Shown piece after piece: positions 25,024-37,370 of a stretch of 64,000 bases of DNA. The notes beneath the pieces were generated by a model, which made no database searches, was not told the DNA's origin, and saw nothing but the letters and a program-made list of their open reading frames with translations. Position numbers and translations under genes: made by a program. How positions within the stretch are numbered: the stretch's first letter is position 1; every line of letters starts with the position of its first letter. The stretch spans positions 1-64,000 of the forward strand of contig JAXLNO010000033.1 of the NCBI GenBank assembly GCA_038087875.1. The letters are read 5' to 3'. This DNA comes from Malacoraja senta (Eukaryota).

Positions 25024-25777
25024 GATATTCAGTGAAACAAACGACTGAAGATGCTCTACTGTGTCTTCTTGGAATGTTCGCGCATCTCCAAACCAAGTTT
25101 GTACGACGCACTTGATCTGTCCATGGATAAGCGGTCCAATGCTTTAGGATCAGTGGCAAGAGATTTAGCAAGGTCAATCACTGATACCACCGTGAATGTT
25201 AGTGAATGCTCTGCCATCACACTGAGAAGAAGTCCCTGAAAAGAGATACACAAAAGTCTAAGATTAACATTAAAAATACAATTTCATAATTTAGAGGTCT
25301 GACCAATACTAAAGATTCCTTCAACATTCAAGCTAAAAATTCAACAATGCAAAACACAAACATAAAACAAAATGCAGTATCAATTTTACATTGCATTTAT
25401 CCCTATGACGACGCAGACTGTGTCTGTAATGTATGGTGATATGGTTCCACTTATCCAAATAATTTTTTTCTGTGTAAGTAATTTTGTGGAAGTCTCAACA
25501 AATCTTTCATTAAATATATTTGAATGTAATATTTACAGGGTCCTAATTGCAAATCTGTATATGTGTTTGAGAAAAACTTGTTTTGCCCAACGTCTACTGG
25601 GATAATTACGCAGTAAGCACCATGCTTGCAAGGGTGACATGATGCCATGATAGCCACTGATGCAATGAATAATTATCCAGTTCTGAAATAATTCTCTAGT
25701 TTGAACCTCAAAAGTGAAGCCCCAACAAAAGCCACTTCTGATGTTAGAACAGTATATGAAATAACAGTATGTAGCTG

Positions 25778-28155
25778 CCTGCCCCAACAGCAACCTCAGA
25801 AGTGTCCACCGTCAGGGCGGTCGGGGCATCCTCGCGGGGGTGGACGATCATCGTTGCCCCAGCCAGGGCCTCCTCAGCACTCTCGAACACCGCTGCTGCT
25901 TCGTCGGACCACTCAATCTCACGATGACCAGCGATCAGGTGGAAAAGCAGACACATGATTGCGGCCGCTGCCGGCAAGAAGCGGTGATAAAACGCGACCA
26001 TCCCCATGAATTACTGGAGACCCTTAACTGTGGACAGTCGGGGGAACCGGCGGACAGTGTCCATCCTGGCCGGCAGAGGCACAACCCCAAGTGGAGTTTC
26101 GCGGTAGCCAAGGAAGTCGATGGCCGTCACCCCAAAACGGCACTTAGACGAGTTGATAGCCAACCCAAAATCACTGAGGCGCTGACGGAGTTCAATGCAG
26201 TTCTCCTGCCGCGTGCGGCTGGCCACGAGTATGTCGTCCAAGTACACAAATACAAAGTCCAGGCCACGACACACACAGTCCATAAGCCGCTGAAAGGCCT
26301 GCGCGGCGTTCTTCAAACCAAACGGCATCCGCACAAATTCAAACAGTCCAAACGGTGTTATAATGGCTGTCTTAGGGATATCGTCGGGGTGGACCGGAAT
26401 CTGGTTGTACCCTCGCACGAGGTCCACCTTGGAGAACACTGATGCTCCGGCCAGATGGGCATTGAAGTCCTGAATGTGCGGGACCGGGTACCTGTCGGCG
26501 ATGGTTGCATCATTCAGACGACGGTGATCCGCAGACGGGCGCCAGTGGATCGGTGACGCCCATGGGCTTTCGGGGGGCGCACGATGCCTATCGCCTCCAA
26601 CAGGCGAAACTCCTCCCGAGCTGGACGGAGCTTGCCTGGCGCGAGATGACGTGCACGGGTGGGCCAGCAGTCAGAATATGGTGCTCCACTCCATGTTTGG
26701 GGGCAGAGGAGCGGAAGTGGGGCTCGAGGATGTCTGGAAAATCCAGGATGCGTGCGGCAGTCGCATCCACGGATGACAGGACAATCAGGGCGGGCAACCG
26801 GATCAACAACGCGGAGGAAGACTGGCTCCAGCTTGACGCAGTGCACCAGACGCCGCCGCTTGACATCCACGAGGAGCGAATGGGCTCGAAGGAAGTTGGC
26901 GCCCAGCAGCGGCTGGGAAACGTCGGAGATGACAAACTCCCACGAAAAGCAGCTGCGGCCAAAGTTGAGGGAGATGGTGCGAGCTCCGTAGGTGCGAATA
27001 GCATTCCCGTTCGCCGCGGTGAGTAGGGGGCCACATTTGCCCGCACGGATGTCAGCGATGGAGGGAGGCAGCACACTCACCTCAGCCCCAGTGTTTACGA
27101 GGAACCGACTCCCGGTGCAGCGATCCCAGGCGAAGACGCGATGAATATGCCTGACCGCCGAAGGAATCACTGACGAGCGGCCCCTGCGTTTCCCGGGAAT
27201 GCACCAACCCCCTCTGCTGGCGTCTGGTGGAACTACAGGTGAAGTTGTCTGGCTTGAGCCATAGTGACCTGCTGGCGACGGGTGGAACTGCAGGCAGGCC
27301 CTGTTGGAACGACGTGCCTGCGCTGGAATGCCCGATGGCGGCCGGATTCCGCCGCTGGGGCCGTCCGGGAGCAGCGGAGAAGCGGTCTATAGCGGCCCCG
27401 ACCTGCTCCGCGCCTGCCGACGCCGCGGGAAGAAGGGTTATGCTTTCAAGTCCCGCTGACGGGACATCCACAGTTGGTCGGCGCGCTCAGCCAGCGCCTG
27501 CGTGTCATCAAAGGGATCGGTGGTGAGCTGCCGGCGGATGTCGGATGGGAGCTGCTGAAGGTAAGCATATTTAAATAGAAAACAAGGCCGGTGGTTGCCC
27601 ATTAGGGCGAACATGTCCTCCAGGAGGGCCGATGGTCGTCCAGACCGTCCATTTGGAGAATCCGTGCTGCCTGCTCAGATTCGCTAAGGCCAAATCTCCT
27701 GATAAGGAGGTCCTTAAGGCCCTTATATTTGTTAGTTAACGGGGGTGGCTGAAGAAAGGCTTAACCCGCCTCGCAGTCGCCTGGTCAAGAGCGCTGACCA
27801 TGTAAAAGTATTTAATTTCGTCTACCGTTTCCCCTCGCATACCAAACTGTGTCTCTGCCTGCTGGAACCAGATATCAGGCTCTTCGGTCCACAAAGTCGG
27901 GAGTTTTACTGCAACAGCGTTGTTATCCATCACGATGTGTGATGAACGTCGGGGTCACCAGTTGTAGCGGCCTGGACGAGGTCAGGATAAGGCCAGACGC
28001 CAGGCAGGTTCACAAGTAGTTTAATGAAGTCTCGAGAACACACCACACGCCTCCGAGCAGGACCTGGGAAACCCCGTGGGCAGACAATCGTCCCTGTCCG
28101 TCAAAAGCCGAGGGGGATGACCCAAGGAGTGGCCTAACCCCCAGGGACCGCCACA
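25778..28155 (-). mobile_element. Ty3/Gypsy LTR retrotransposon, 3'-truncated
   Basis: 5' LTR 28155-27963 (TG..CA); PBS tggtgaccccgacgt (tRNA-Trp type, 27960-27946); gag KLPTLW..P.IWFQQAE; PR FLVNTGAEVSV; RT YLDD; stops at the RNase H start LTVDTS. Confidence 0.92.
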
Positions 28156-29517
28156 AGTAAATTAATTGCCACCTGATCATTTGACTTTCCTTCCAAATTT
28201 TTACTTATCTGTATTTTACTAATTTAAAATATTCATATCAAGTAATGATCAAATATACATAGGTTTAGAGTAGACCCGACAGTTTTGAACAAAATTTTCA
28301 GATAGTCGAGAACTGTCGTGATTACTCTAGTTTAGATTTGAAATTACATATCTTACCTTCATCGTTAGACTTCGGTCACTAAGAGGCACATTCACTTGCG
28401 TCTCACCTGCCCTGTACTTGTCCATCCGATCCATGGTGAAAATGTTAGCTAAAGTTTGACCAGGCACCACGACTCCAGTTTCATCGTCTATGGGATTTGC
28501 ATGTTGAAACACCGCATTCGACGATCGAGCTGTTGCGGCGAGTTGCCTGTGTGAACACGTGATTTCGGCGGTTGATCGTAGGATTGGGAACTCCGGCATA
28601 TTTGTTACGTTATTAATAGGCGCTGTGTCAATGATGCAATGTGTACTTGTACAATTATGTGTATGTCATCGTGACTGTTCATGTTTCCTAGTTATGATGT
28701 TATGATGGCCGTTATCACCTAGATTGTCTTTATACTGTCTGGTCCAGGTTTTTTTGTTCTTAATAGAGTTGTTCATTTATGTATTTCCACCGGGGACCCT
28801 ACCCTGCAATCACTGGCTCAGGTACGTACCGACCGCCGCGAGTTCCCAGTCCTCGTCGAAAGTTGGTAACTGTACCACGAGTTCACATCTGTCGCGTGAC
28901 TCGCTGAAAATTACATACTTATGCATGCTGATACATTTTGTATTGTCATCTCCGCAGAGTCTAGCTGGATGGAGAGCGCACGCACGTACCAAGGCAGTAC
29001 AGTTACAGTGTGAGCATTGTGTACGTGTACGTAACTCTGCGCTCCCTGCCCCAACCCCGGTGCGATAGGCCTGGGGACAGAGGGAAACCGCTACTCTACA
29101 TGTGCGGAGCTGAGCACTAGCCCGAGAGATGCTCATGCAAAGACGATCGACCCGCACCCACGTACACGCTTTCCGCTCAAATCAACTCACGCACTCAACC
29201 ATCGGTGCAGCTGCTCACTGTCTCGTGTAAAGCCATTTATAGCGGAGATTTAGACAGATTAAAATTTAGACGTTTAGACAGATCCGCGGAGAAATCTCAT
29301 GCCTTCCCCCACCAGAGGTGCCACTCTTCCCTAAGCCGATACACCCCCATACAATCTAGATGCGCTAAACGAAACAGTGCTCCATGGTGTCATTACAACA
29401 TAATGGAGATGTGATCCTGATACGTTGTTATCAAAACAAGCTATGTACAGTGGAAGGTAGATACAAAATGCTGGAGTAACTCAGCGGGACAGGGAGCATC
29501 TCTGGAGAGAAGGAATG

Positions 29518-29552
29518 GGTGACATTTCGGGTCGAGACCCTTCTTCAGACTG
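29518..29552 (-). ncRNA. Hammerhead-ribozyme-like motif (second copy)
   Basis: Minus strand reads cagtCTGAAGAagggtctcgacccGAAAtGTCacc. Confidence 0.45.
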
Positions 29553-29964
29553 ATGTCGGGAGTGGGCAGGACGAAGATGGAATGTCGTCAGAGACAGGAA
29601 GACTGGTGGGACAAATGGGGAGGGGAGGGGATGGAGAGAGAGGGAAAGCAAGGGCTATTTGAAGTTAGAGAAGTCAATGTTCATACCACTGGGGTGTAAG
29701 CTACCCAAGTAAAATATGAGGTGCTGTTCCTCCAATTTGTGCTGGGCCTCACTGACAATGGAGGAGGCCCAGGACAGAAAGGTCAGATTGGGAATGAGAG
29801 GGGAAGTTAAAGTGCTGAGCAACCGGAAGATCAGTTGGGTCAAGGCGGACTGAGCGGAGGTGTTCAGCGAAACGATCTCCGCGCCTGCGCTTGGTCTCAC
29901 CGATGTACAGAAGTTGACACCTGGAACAGCGGATACAGGAGATGAGGTTGGAGGAGGTGCAAGT

Positions 29965-32900
29965 CGTCTTCTTGTTGTGTCGCTACACTTTTCCAAGCCA
30001 CTGCATAACGAAGGCTGTGGCACATGGGTTGAAGGCATTGAGATCTTCTGGTTTGCAGGGCTCTGGGAGGAGGGGGCAGGTAAGTAAGTGCTGCATAGTT
30101 TGGGTTGCCTCCCCGCAGTCACATTTGGTTGGTTCATCGTTGTTGTACCCCCACTTCTGCATGAGGGCTTTGCGTCGTCCGACCCGTGTTCTGAGGTGTT
30201 TGAGGCAGAGCCAGACTGGCCCTGGCTCTTTCGATCCCAATGGAAGGGACTCGTCAGGGTATAGTAATAATAATAATAATAATAGATTTTATTTATATAG
30301 CGCTTTTCAGGACTCAAAGTCGCTTTACAATTGAGAGTCAGGAATAAACAAAACAAAATAGAGCAGTAAGACAGAGGGGAGGGGAACATGGGACTAAGGG
30401 TATGCAGAGGTGAAGAGATGGGTCTTGAGGCGGGACTGGAAGATGGTGAGGGACTCAGAATTTTGGACCGGTTGTGGGAGGGAATTCCAGAGCCTGGGAG
30501 CTGCCCTGGAGAAGGCTCTGCCTCCAAAAGTGCAGAGGTTTGATTTCGGAGTGGAGAGGAGACCAGCTGATGTGGATCTGAGGGACCGTGAGGGTTGGTA
30601 GGGGGAGAGGAGGTCAATGAGATAAGGGGGGGCCAGGTTGTTGAGGGCTTTGTAGGTGAGGACCAGGATTTTGTAGGTGATCCGGTGGGAAATGGGAAGC
30701 CAGTGAAGTTCTTTGAGAACTGGGGTGATGTGGTGCCAGGATTTGGTGTGGGTAATGAGTCGAGCGGCTGCATTTTGGACCAGTTGGAGTCGTTTGATGC
30801 TGCTGGAATTGATTCCGAAAAGAAGAGAGTTACAGTAGTCCAGTTGGGAGGAGATGAAGGCATGGATGAGTCTTTCAGCAGCGATGGGTGTGAGAGACGA
30901 TCTGATTTTTGCAATGTTGCGGAGGTGAAAAAATGATGTTTTGACAACATGGCGGATGTGAGGCTCAAGGGAGAGGGTTGAGTCAAGGATCACGCCAAGG
31001 TTGCGTGCCTGAGGAGATGGGGAGACAGTGGTGCCGTCGATAGTGAGAGTGGGGTTGTTAATTTTAGTGAGTGTTGATTTGGAGCCAATGAGGAGAAATT
31101 CTGTTTTGCTACTGTTTAATTTAAGGAAGTTGAGTTGCACCCAAGATTTGATGGCTGATAGGCAGGAGTTGATATGGGAGAGAGGGGGGTGGTGGGGGGA
31201 CTTGGTGCTGAGATAGATCTGGGTGTCATCAGCATAGCAGTGGAAGTCCAGGTTGAAGTGACGGAGTATATGACCAAGGGGGAGGATGTAGATGATGAAG
31301 AGGAGGGGACCAAGAACGGAGCCTTGGGGAACGCCTTGAGTGACAGTGGCTGTGGCAGAGGTGTGGTTATGGAGAGAGATGAAGTGGGATCGGTTGGAAA
31401 GGTAAGAACGGAACCAGCTGAGTGCAGAACCTTCAATGCCAAGGTCCCTAAGTCTGGTGAGCAGGATGTTGTGGTTGACGGTATCGAAGGCTGCACTCAG
31501 GTCGAGGAGGATGAGGATATTGAGGGAGCCAGAGTCAGCAGAGGTAAGGAGGTCATTGAGGACTTTGAGGACGCAGTTTCTGTGCTATGGAGGGGGCGAA
31601 AGCCAGATTGGAGGGGTTCGAATAGGTTATACGCGAGGAGGTGGGAATGAAGTTGTGATGCGACGATGCGCTCCAGGGTTTTTGAAAGAAAGGGGAGGTT
31701 TGAGATGGGGCGGTAGTTAATGAGAGAGGAGGGATCAAGACCAGGTTTCTTTAAGATTGGTGTGACAGCAGCAGTTTTGAAAGCAGAGGGGACAATTCCT
31801 TGGGACAATGAGGAGTTGAAAAGATTAGTGAGGTAGGGGCAGAGAGCAGGGAGGCAGGACTTCAGCAGGGGAGTGGGGAGAGGGTCAAGGGAGCAGGTAG
31901 TGGGTTTGGAAGAGCTGATGAGTTTGGAGATTTCAGTAGGGGTGACCGGGTCAAACTGGGAGAGGAAGCAGTGAGGGGGAGGGGTATGGAGATCAGCGGA
32001 GATGTTGAAAGGAGGGGCCTTGGTAGGTGGTGGAGTAGATGCTGGGGAGTCGGGTACAGGGGATAGGGATTGATAGATGGTGCTAATTTTATCAGCAAAA
32101 AAGTGGAGGAATGAGTTGCAGAGATCCGGAGTGGAGGTAGGGAGAGTGATGGCTCGAGGCTTGAGGAGGTTGCAGACTGTGGAGAAGAGGGTTCTGTGGT
32201 TTAGGCAGGGGTCAGTGAATATGGAGGAGAGGTATGCGGATTTAGCAGCAATGAGGGCATCTTTGTAGGCAGTGAGGTGGAGTTTGTAAGCTTCATGGTG
32301 GACTGTGAGAGGTGATTTCTTTATGAGTCGTTCAAGTCGGCGACCAATCTGTTTCAGTGTCAGTGTGTGTGGTTTAGATTGTAGGTGTGTTACCCAAGCA
32401 TCTATCCTACAGGTTATCATTTGGGTTGATCTGCATGTTGGAAGCTATTTCTGAATTTTAACCTCTTTGGTGCCTGGACATGTTGGAAGAGTGGGTGATG
32501 AGGGTCATCCTCCTGCTTGGTGCATTCCACTTTTGAGGATACTGCTCTTCTGATTGGAGTGGGTGCAATACCACACAGCAGGCACAGGTCGTCAACTCGT
32601 GTGGGTTTGATGCCAGAGATGGTTCTGCATGCTGCGTTTAGCACCGGATCCAATGTGTGAAGAACGTCCCCAGCAAAGGCAGTATTCCAGATGGTTCCTG
32701 GATCTCATCCCCATTTAGAGCTCGCCAGGTTTCTCAGGATGTTGTTTCTGGCTACTATCTTTGCTTTTGTCTTGATAACATGGTCTTTGTAGCTTGGGGT
32801 GCGGTCCAGAGTAACTCCTAGGTACATGGGATTGGCTGAGTAGGCTAGACTCTTCCCATACCAGTGAACAGTTAATTTGCAGTTTGCATCACGGTTCTTA

Positions 32901-34221
32901 AGGTGGAAGGCACTAATTTGTGTTTTGTCTGGGTTTGCCCGTAAATGATATAGGGCATAGTGGTTGGTAAGGCCGTCTAACGCTTCAGTGAGGGCCGTCT
33001 CAAGTTCTGCGAAGGACTGACACTGAGATGCGGTACAGAGGTCATCAGCATTCAGGAAGCTCCTGGTGCTTGGATGGATTGGTTGGTCGTTGGTGTAAAT
33101 GTTGAAAAGCAGATGGGGAAGAACACTGCCTTGAGGAAGCCCATTCTTTTGTCTGCGCCATCTGCTGCGATCACCCCTGAGGTCTACAAAGAAGCGTCTA
33201 TTCTCCAGCATGTTTTGGATCAGAGCTGTCAGGTTTGCATCCTTTGTGATCTTGGATAGCTTTTGCACAAGTATTCGATGGTTGACTGTATCATAAGCCG
33301 CTGACAGGTCTACAAAAGTGACACCAGTAATAAATCCTATCACATATCCATCCTCAATGAATTGGGTCAGATTCAGGAGCTGGCTTGTGCAGGGTTTTCC
33401 AGGTTTGAAGCCTGCTTGCTCAGGAATAAGCTGCTGGCCGTGATGGGGCCCAGTCGATTCAAGATTAGCCTCTCAAATAATTTGTATGTGTGACCGAGCA
33501 GGAAGATGGGTCGGAAGTTCTTGTGGTCGGCTGGATATTTTCCAGGCTTCAGTATAGCCACTATCTTTGTACGTCTCCACATCTTTGGTAGCTTGTTCGT
33601 TCTGAGATAACTGTTGAATAGGTCAAGAAGCCACTGTTTGGCAGCTGGTCCTAGGTGTTTGACTTGTTCACATAGAATGTCATCATGTCCAGCTACTTTG
33701 TTGTTCTTCATTACAAGGAGGAGTTCACCCATAGTGAAGGGTCTGGTAAGGTTAGTATCCCCTTGTTGATCTTCTGTTGTCTTAGGGACCTTAGCTCTAC
33801 CAGGGTGGTGGTCTAGATTCCTCGACTGTTCACAAGGAGCTGATGAGCAACTTGGTCTGCTGTGGCATCATATCGGGGTTGAGGTTTTGTGTGGTCGTTT
33901 CATAATATCCTTATTGTCTTCCAGGCTTTCCTGCTGTTTTGAGTCATGTTTGTAGACTCGATCAGCTCTTGCCACCTCCAACGTCACTTGGTTGACGCTG
34001 CTTTCATAATTCATTCCCCAGTTATCAGAGTATCATCTCCAAAGGAATTAGCCTGGAATCAGTTGCTGTATTCCTTATGGAGTTCCTTAGCTTCCTCTGA
34101 CAGTCCGGGGATGAAGTTTACTTGGCATCCTCTGGGATGTTCTTCCTAGAGGATTTTTTCAGCATTTCTATAAATACATCGTAGTTGGCTGGTGATGCTG
34201 GTAGGTCAATGATTGCTGCAT
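29965..34221 (-). mobile_element. Vingi/Ingi-like LINE, 5'-truncated and split by L2
   Basis: FVDLSAAYDTVNH, NGLPQGSVL, NADD, YLGVTLDR; C-terminal CDCG...QTMQHLLTCP. Confidence 0.75.
30265..32358 (-). mobile_element. L2 LINE, 5'-truncated
   Basis: TCSLDPLPT, NYRPISNLPFLSK.LE, LKLNSSKTE, LQLVQNAAARL, LHWLP; (taa)n tail. Confidence 0.92.
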
Positions 34222-34664
34222 CCAAGTGAACCTCTGCCTCACTTGGAAAGACTGTCCGGGTTCTTGGATGGAGACGAGGGCGGAGGTAAAGAGACAGGTA
34301 TTGCATCTCCTGCGGTTGCAGGGGAAAGTACCTAGGGAGGCGGTGGTTTGGGTGGGAAAGAACGAGTTTACCAGGGAGTTGCAGTGGGAACGGTCTCTGC
34401 GGTACGTAGAAAGAGGTGGAGATGGGAAGATGTGGCCAGTAGTGGGATCTTGTTGGAGATTTATACAGTGCTGTGTATTACAGAAGAGTAATAATCAAAT
34501 AATACTGTACATTTACTAATTATTGTACAATATAGAATATTGAACTGTATAATGAATAACACATTTGAAGAGTGACGTATGTAAAGCAGCAACACTTTAC
34601 AGCAGCTGTGGAAAGTAGGACAGCAGAGGCTATCTCTGGGATGAGGATACCACCTGTGCGTCAT

Positions 34665-36070
34665 ACATAGAACATAGAACAGTACAGCACACGAACAAAC
34701 CCCCTCAGCCTACAATGTCTATGCTAAACATGCTGCCAAAACCATCTTGGATCTACCTGCACATAAAGAAAAAAGTTGCCCAGCGCATCTCCTTTAAGCT
34801 TTGCCCCACTCACCTTAAAGCTATGCCCTCTAGTATTTGATTTTTCCATCCTGGGAAAAAGTTTCTAACTGTCGACCTTATCTATGCCTCTCGTAACTTT
34901 ATATTCTTCTAATTGAATTGAATTGTCACAGTGAAATTCTTTGCTTGCATACCTAAGATACGCAAATAGTCGCCCATAAAGGGCGCTTACAAAGTTACAA
35001 ATCCCCCGCGCCTGGTCCCCCTTTGTTATTCCTTTCTTCCCCACCTCCCCCTCCGTCACGGCGGTTCCCTCACGCCGGGTCCTCCATTGTTCTTCCCCCT
35101 CCCTCACGTCGGTCCCCCCAATGCTGGATCCCCATTGCTCTCCCCTCTCCCTCATGGCGGTCCCCCCACGCCAGGTCCTCCTTTATTCCTTTCCTCGGCA
35201 GAAACGTCCTCACTTCCACGTGTCCGTCCTCGTCCATCGGTCGGTGCCATCATCGACTGCCGCACTGACCTCTCCACTAACGCTGCCGGGCCCTCTCCGG
35301 ACGCCTACTTTGTGCCGACCCAGGCCCCACCCGTGGGCTCTGCAGCCCCAGGCACTGATGACCACGGGCTTCGTCGACTAACGAGGCTCCAACGCCGGCC
35401 CGACCAGGTCAACCTTGGTCAGGTCTCCCCGCAACCTCCAGGGTTCCAGCGCCATTCTGGTAAACCTCTGCCCATTTTCCAAAGCTTCCTCATCCTTCCT
35501 GTAATGGGCTGAGCAGAACTGCACGCTATACTCAAAATGTAGCCTAACCAAACTCATATAAAACTGCATCATGACTTCCTGACTACTATGCTTAATGCCC
35601 TGACCTAAACCAAACCTACCATATGCCTTTTTACCACTCTCTACTTGTGTTGCCACTTTCAGGGATTCATTGACTTGGACCCCAAGATCCCTCTGTACAT
35701 CAATGCTCTTAAGGGTCATGCCATTTATTGTATATTTTTCCTTACATTTGATCTCGCAAAGTGCAACACCTTGTACTTGTTTGAATTAAACTCCATCTGC
35801 CATTTCTCCAACCTGTTCTGTCGCTGATCTATATCCAATTGTACATCTTGGCAGCCTTCCTCACAGTCCAAACCCCAGCAATCTTGGTGTCATCTGCAAT
35901 CATACTAAACAAACTGTCTATGCTTGGCTCCAAGTATTTTTATAAACAGCAGACGTCCCTGCACAAATCCTCGTGGAATGCCACTAGTCACAGACCACAG
36001 CCTAAATATCGTCTTTCCACCACATCCATCTTCTATCAGTAAGCTAGTTCCGAATCTATACAACCAAGTC
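34665..36070 (-). mobile_element. CR1 3' fragment interrupted by a GC-rich retroposon piece (about 34911-35415)
   Basis: QRDLGVQV..SLKVATQV, LVRLHFEYSVQF; the insert carries an (aattg)n tail. Confidence 0.7.
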
Positions 36071-36076
36071 ACTGTT

Positions 36077-36249
36077 AGGGCAGCATGGTGGCGCAGCAGT
36101 AGAGTTGCTGCCTTACAGTGCCAGAGACCCGGGTCCCAGGTTCGATCCTGACTACGTGTATTGTCTGTACGGAGTTTGTACATTCTTCCCGTGACCCCGT
36201 GGGTTTTCTCCGGGTGCTCCGGTTTCTTCCCACACTCCAAAGACATACA
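36077..36249 (+). mobile_element. HE1-like SINE 5' half, cut by the hAT #1 TIR
   Basis: A and B boxes present; ends abruptly at ccaaagacataca|cagagctgcc. Confidence 0.85.
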
Positions 36250-37370
36250 CAGAGCTGCCAAGTTTTGTCAGAGCATTTCAGTAATCTATTACCTGAAAAT
36301 CAGTATTTTGCTAGGGAAATCAGTATTTTTATGCGGTACCATTTTGCTGAAATTTTTTTAATGTTTTATGTGCGGTCACACCCATGTAAGAGTACAAGAA
36401 TGCATAACTTTGCTATCAATTGATATGTCTTCTATGCATCTCACTTGACAGTGCATTCAACTATATTGAATGCATCCTGTTAAACAAATTATATGTGTTG
36501 AGCCTGTCAATTTTTCATGATAAACATGTTGAAATTATATATTTTTAATAGCTGCACAACATAACTCTTGGAACATCTTAGATGTTAATATCTCCTAGTA
36601 CTCTGTCATGGGAGAGTATATTTGAGAAGTAATTGCAACATCACAGTAAATGCTATTTTAAAATGAATTCAATTACATACTTTCAGAAAGGAAGAATGCA
36701 ATCTGGACATGTTTAAAAAAAAATGGAAAAAGTACTTTAAAGGTATTATTATACCCAAGTGAATAACTTGTATTCAATAAAGTTAGTCATTTCTAATGAC
36801 AATTTTACACTGACCTGTTGTGTGTGTGACATAATTGAAAGTCATTTGGTAACATAAAGTGGGCATAGAACATCATCTGCACAATATTCACTTTCATTTC
36901 ACTTTCACTTTGCTGCAGTTCATTCAATTTATTGTGTATTATATGTCATAGCTGCTTTCTTGCATTTGTCCAGAAGTTTATCATTGAAAGTCATTTGGTA
37001 GCAACATTTCCCCATGGCCTGACTCAAGAACTTGTGAGTCATAATGTCTGATAACGTTGATGTTGAAAGACTTGGCCTCAACTCCGTAGCATTCTTTCCG
37101 ACCAAACTAAATATGTGCTCATCTGTTGCGTTGTTTTGTACAAATGAGAGAAAGGTGAGCATTACCTTTGACAAATGGGGATATTTCTGTTTGCCAGTTG
37201 ATTTATCCTTCAGGGAGGATATCTGTGTCCACACTGAGTCAGCTCCTTCATCTAGCATCACACCATCCAAGCTATCAACCTTGTAGGCTGCAAACTCCAT
37301 CTCCAGCTCATCTTGTTCAATTTCCAGTAAATCATGGAATCTGTTGACAAAGTAGGCAACTGAAGAATAT

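Larger units (their letters stand above)
23340..28600 (-). pseudogene. Degenerate intron-containing hAT-like transposase (hAT #2)
   Basis: Exon ending SDRSLTMK|gtaag joins cag|GLLLSVMAEHSL; FSLNI/DEST catalytic motif; LPWKNLMSVFM; C-terminal DAWW...VEGSFNVMG (hATC-like); TIRs not found. Confidence 0.7.
29455..34460 (-). mobile_element. Penelope element fragment (GIY-YIG plus tail), split by a Vingi insertion (pieces 29455-29964 and 34222-34460)
   Basis: EQHLIFYLGSLHPSGMNIDFSNFK; the two pieces rejoin as ggtgcaagt|gaacctctgcc. Confidence 0.8.

Noticed and set aside
29655..30986. 443-aa ORF
   Set aside because: Chance read-through across L2 (alternative frame), its (taa)n tail (poly-Tyr), Vingi and Penelope; not a gene.
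31497..32420. 307-aa ORF with a novel N-terminus
   Set aside because: The first ~20 aa come from flanking Vingi sequence fused to truncated L2 ORF2.
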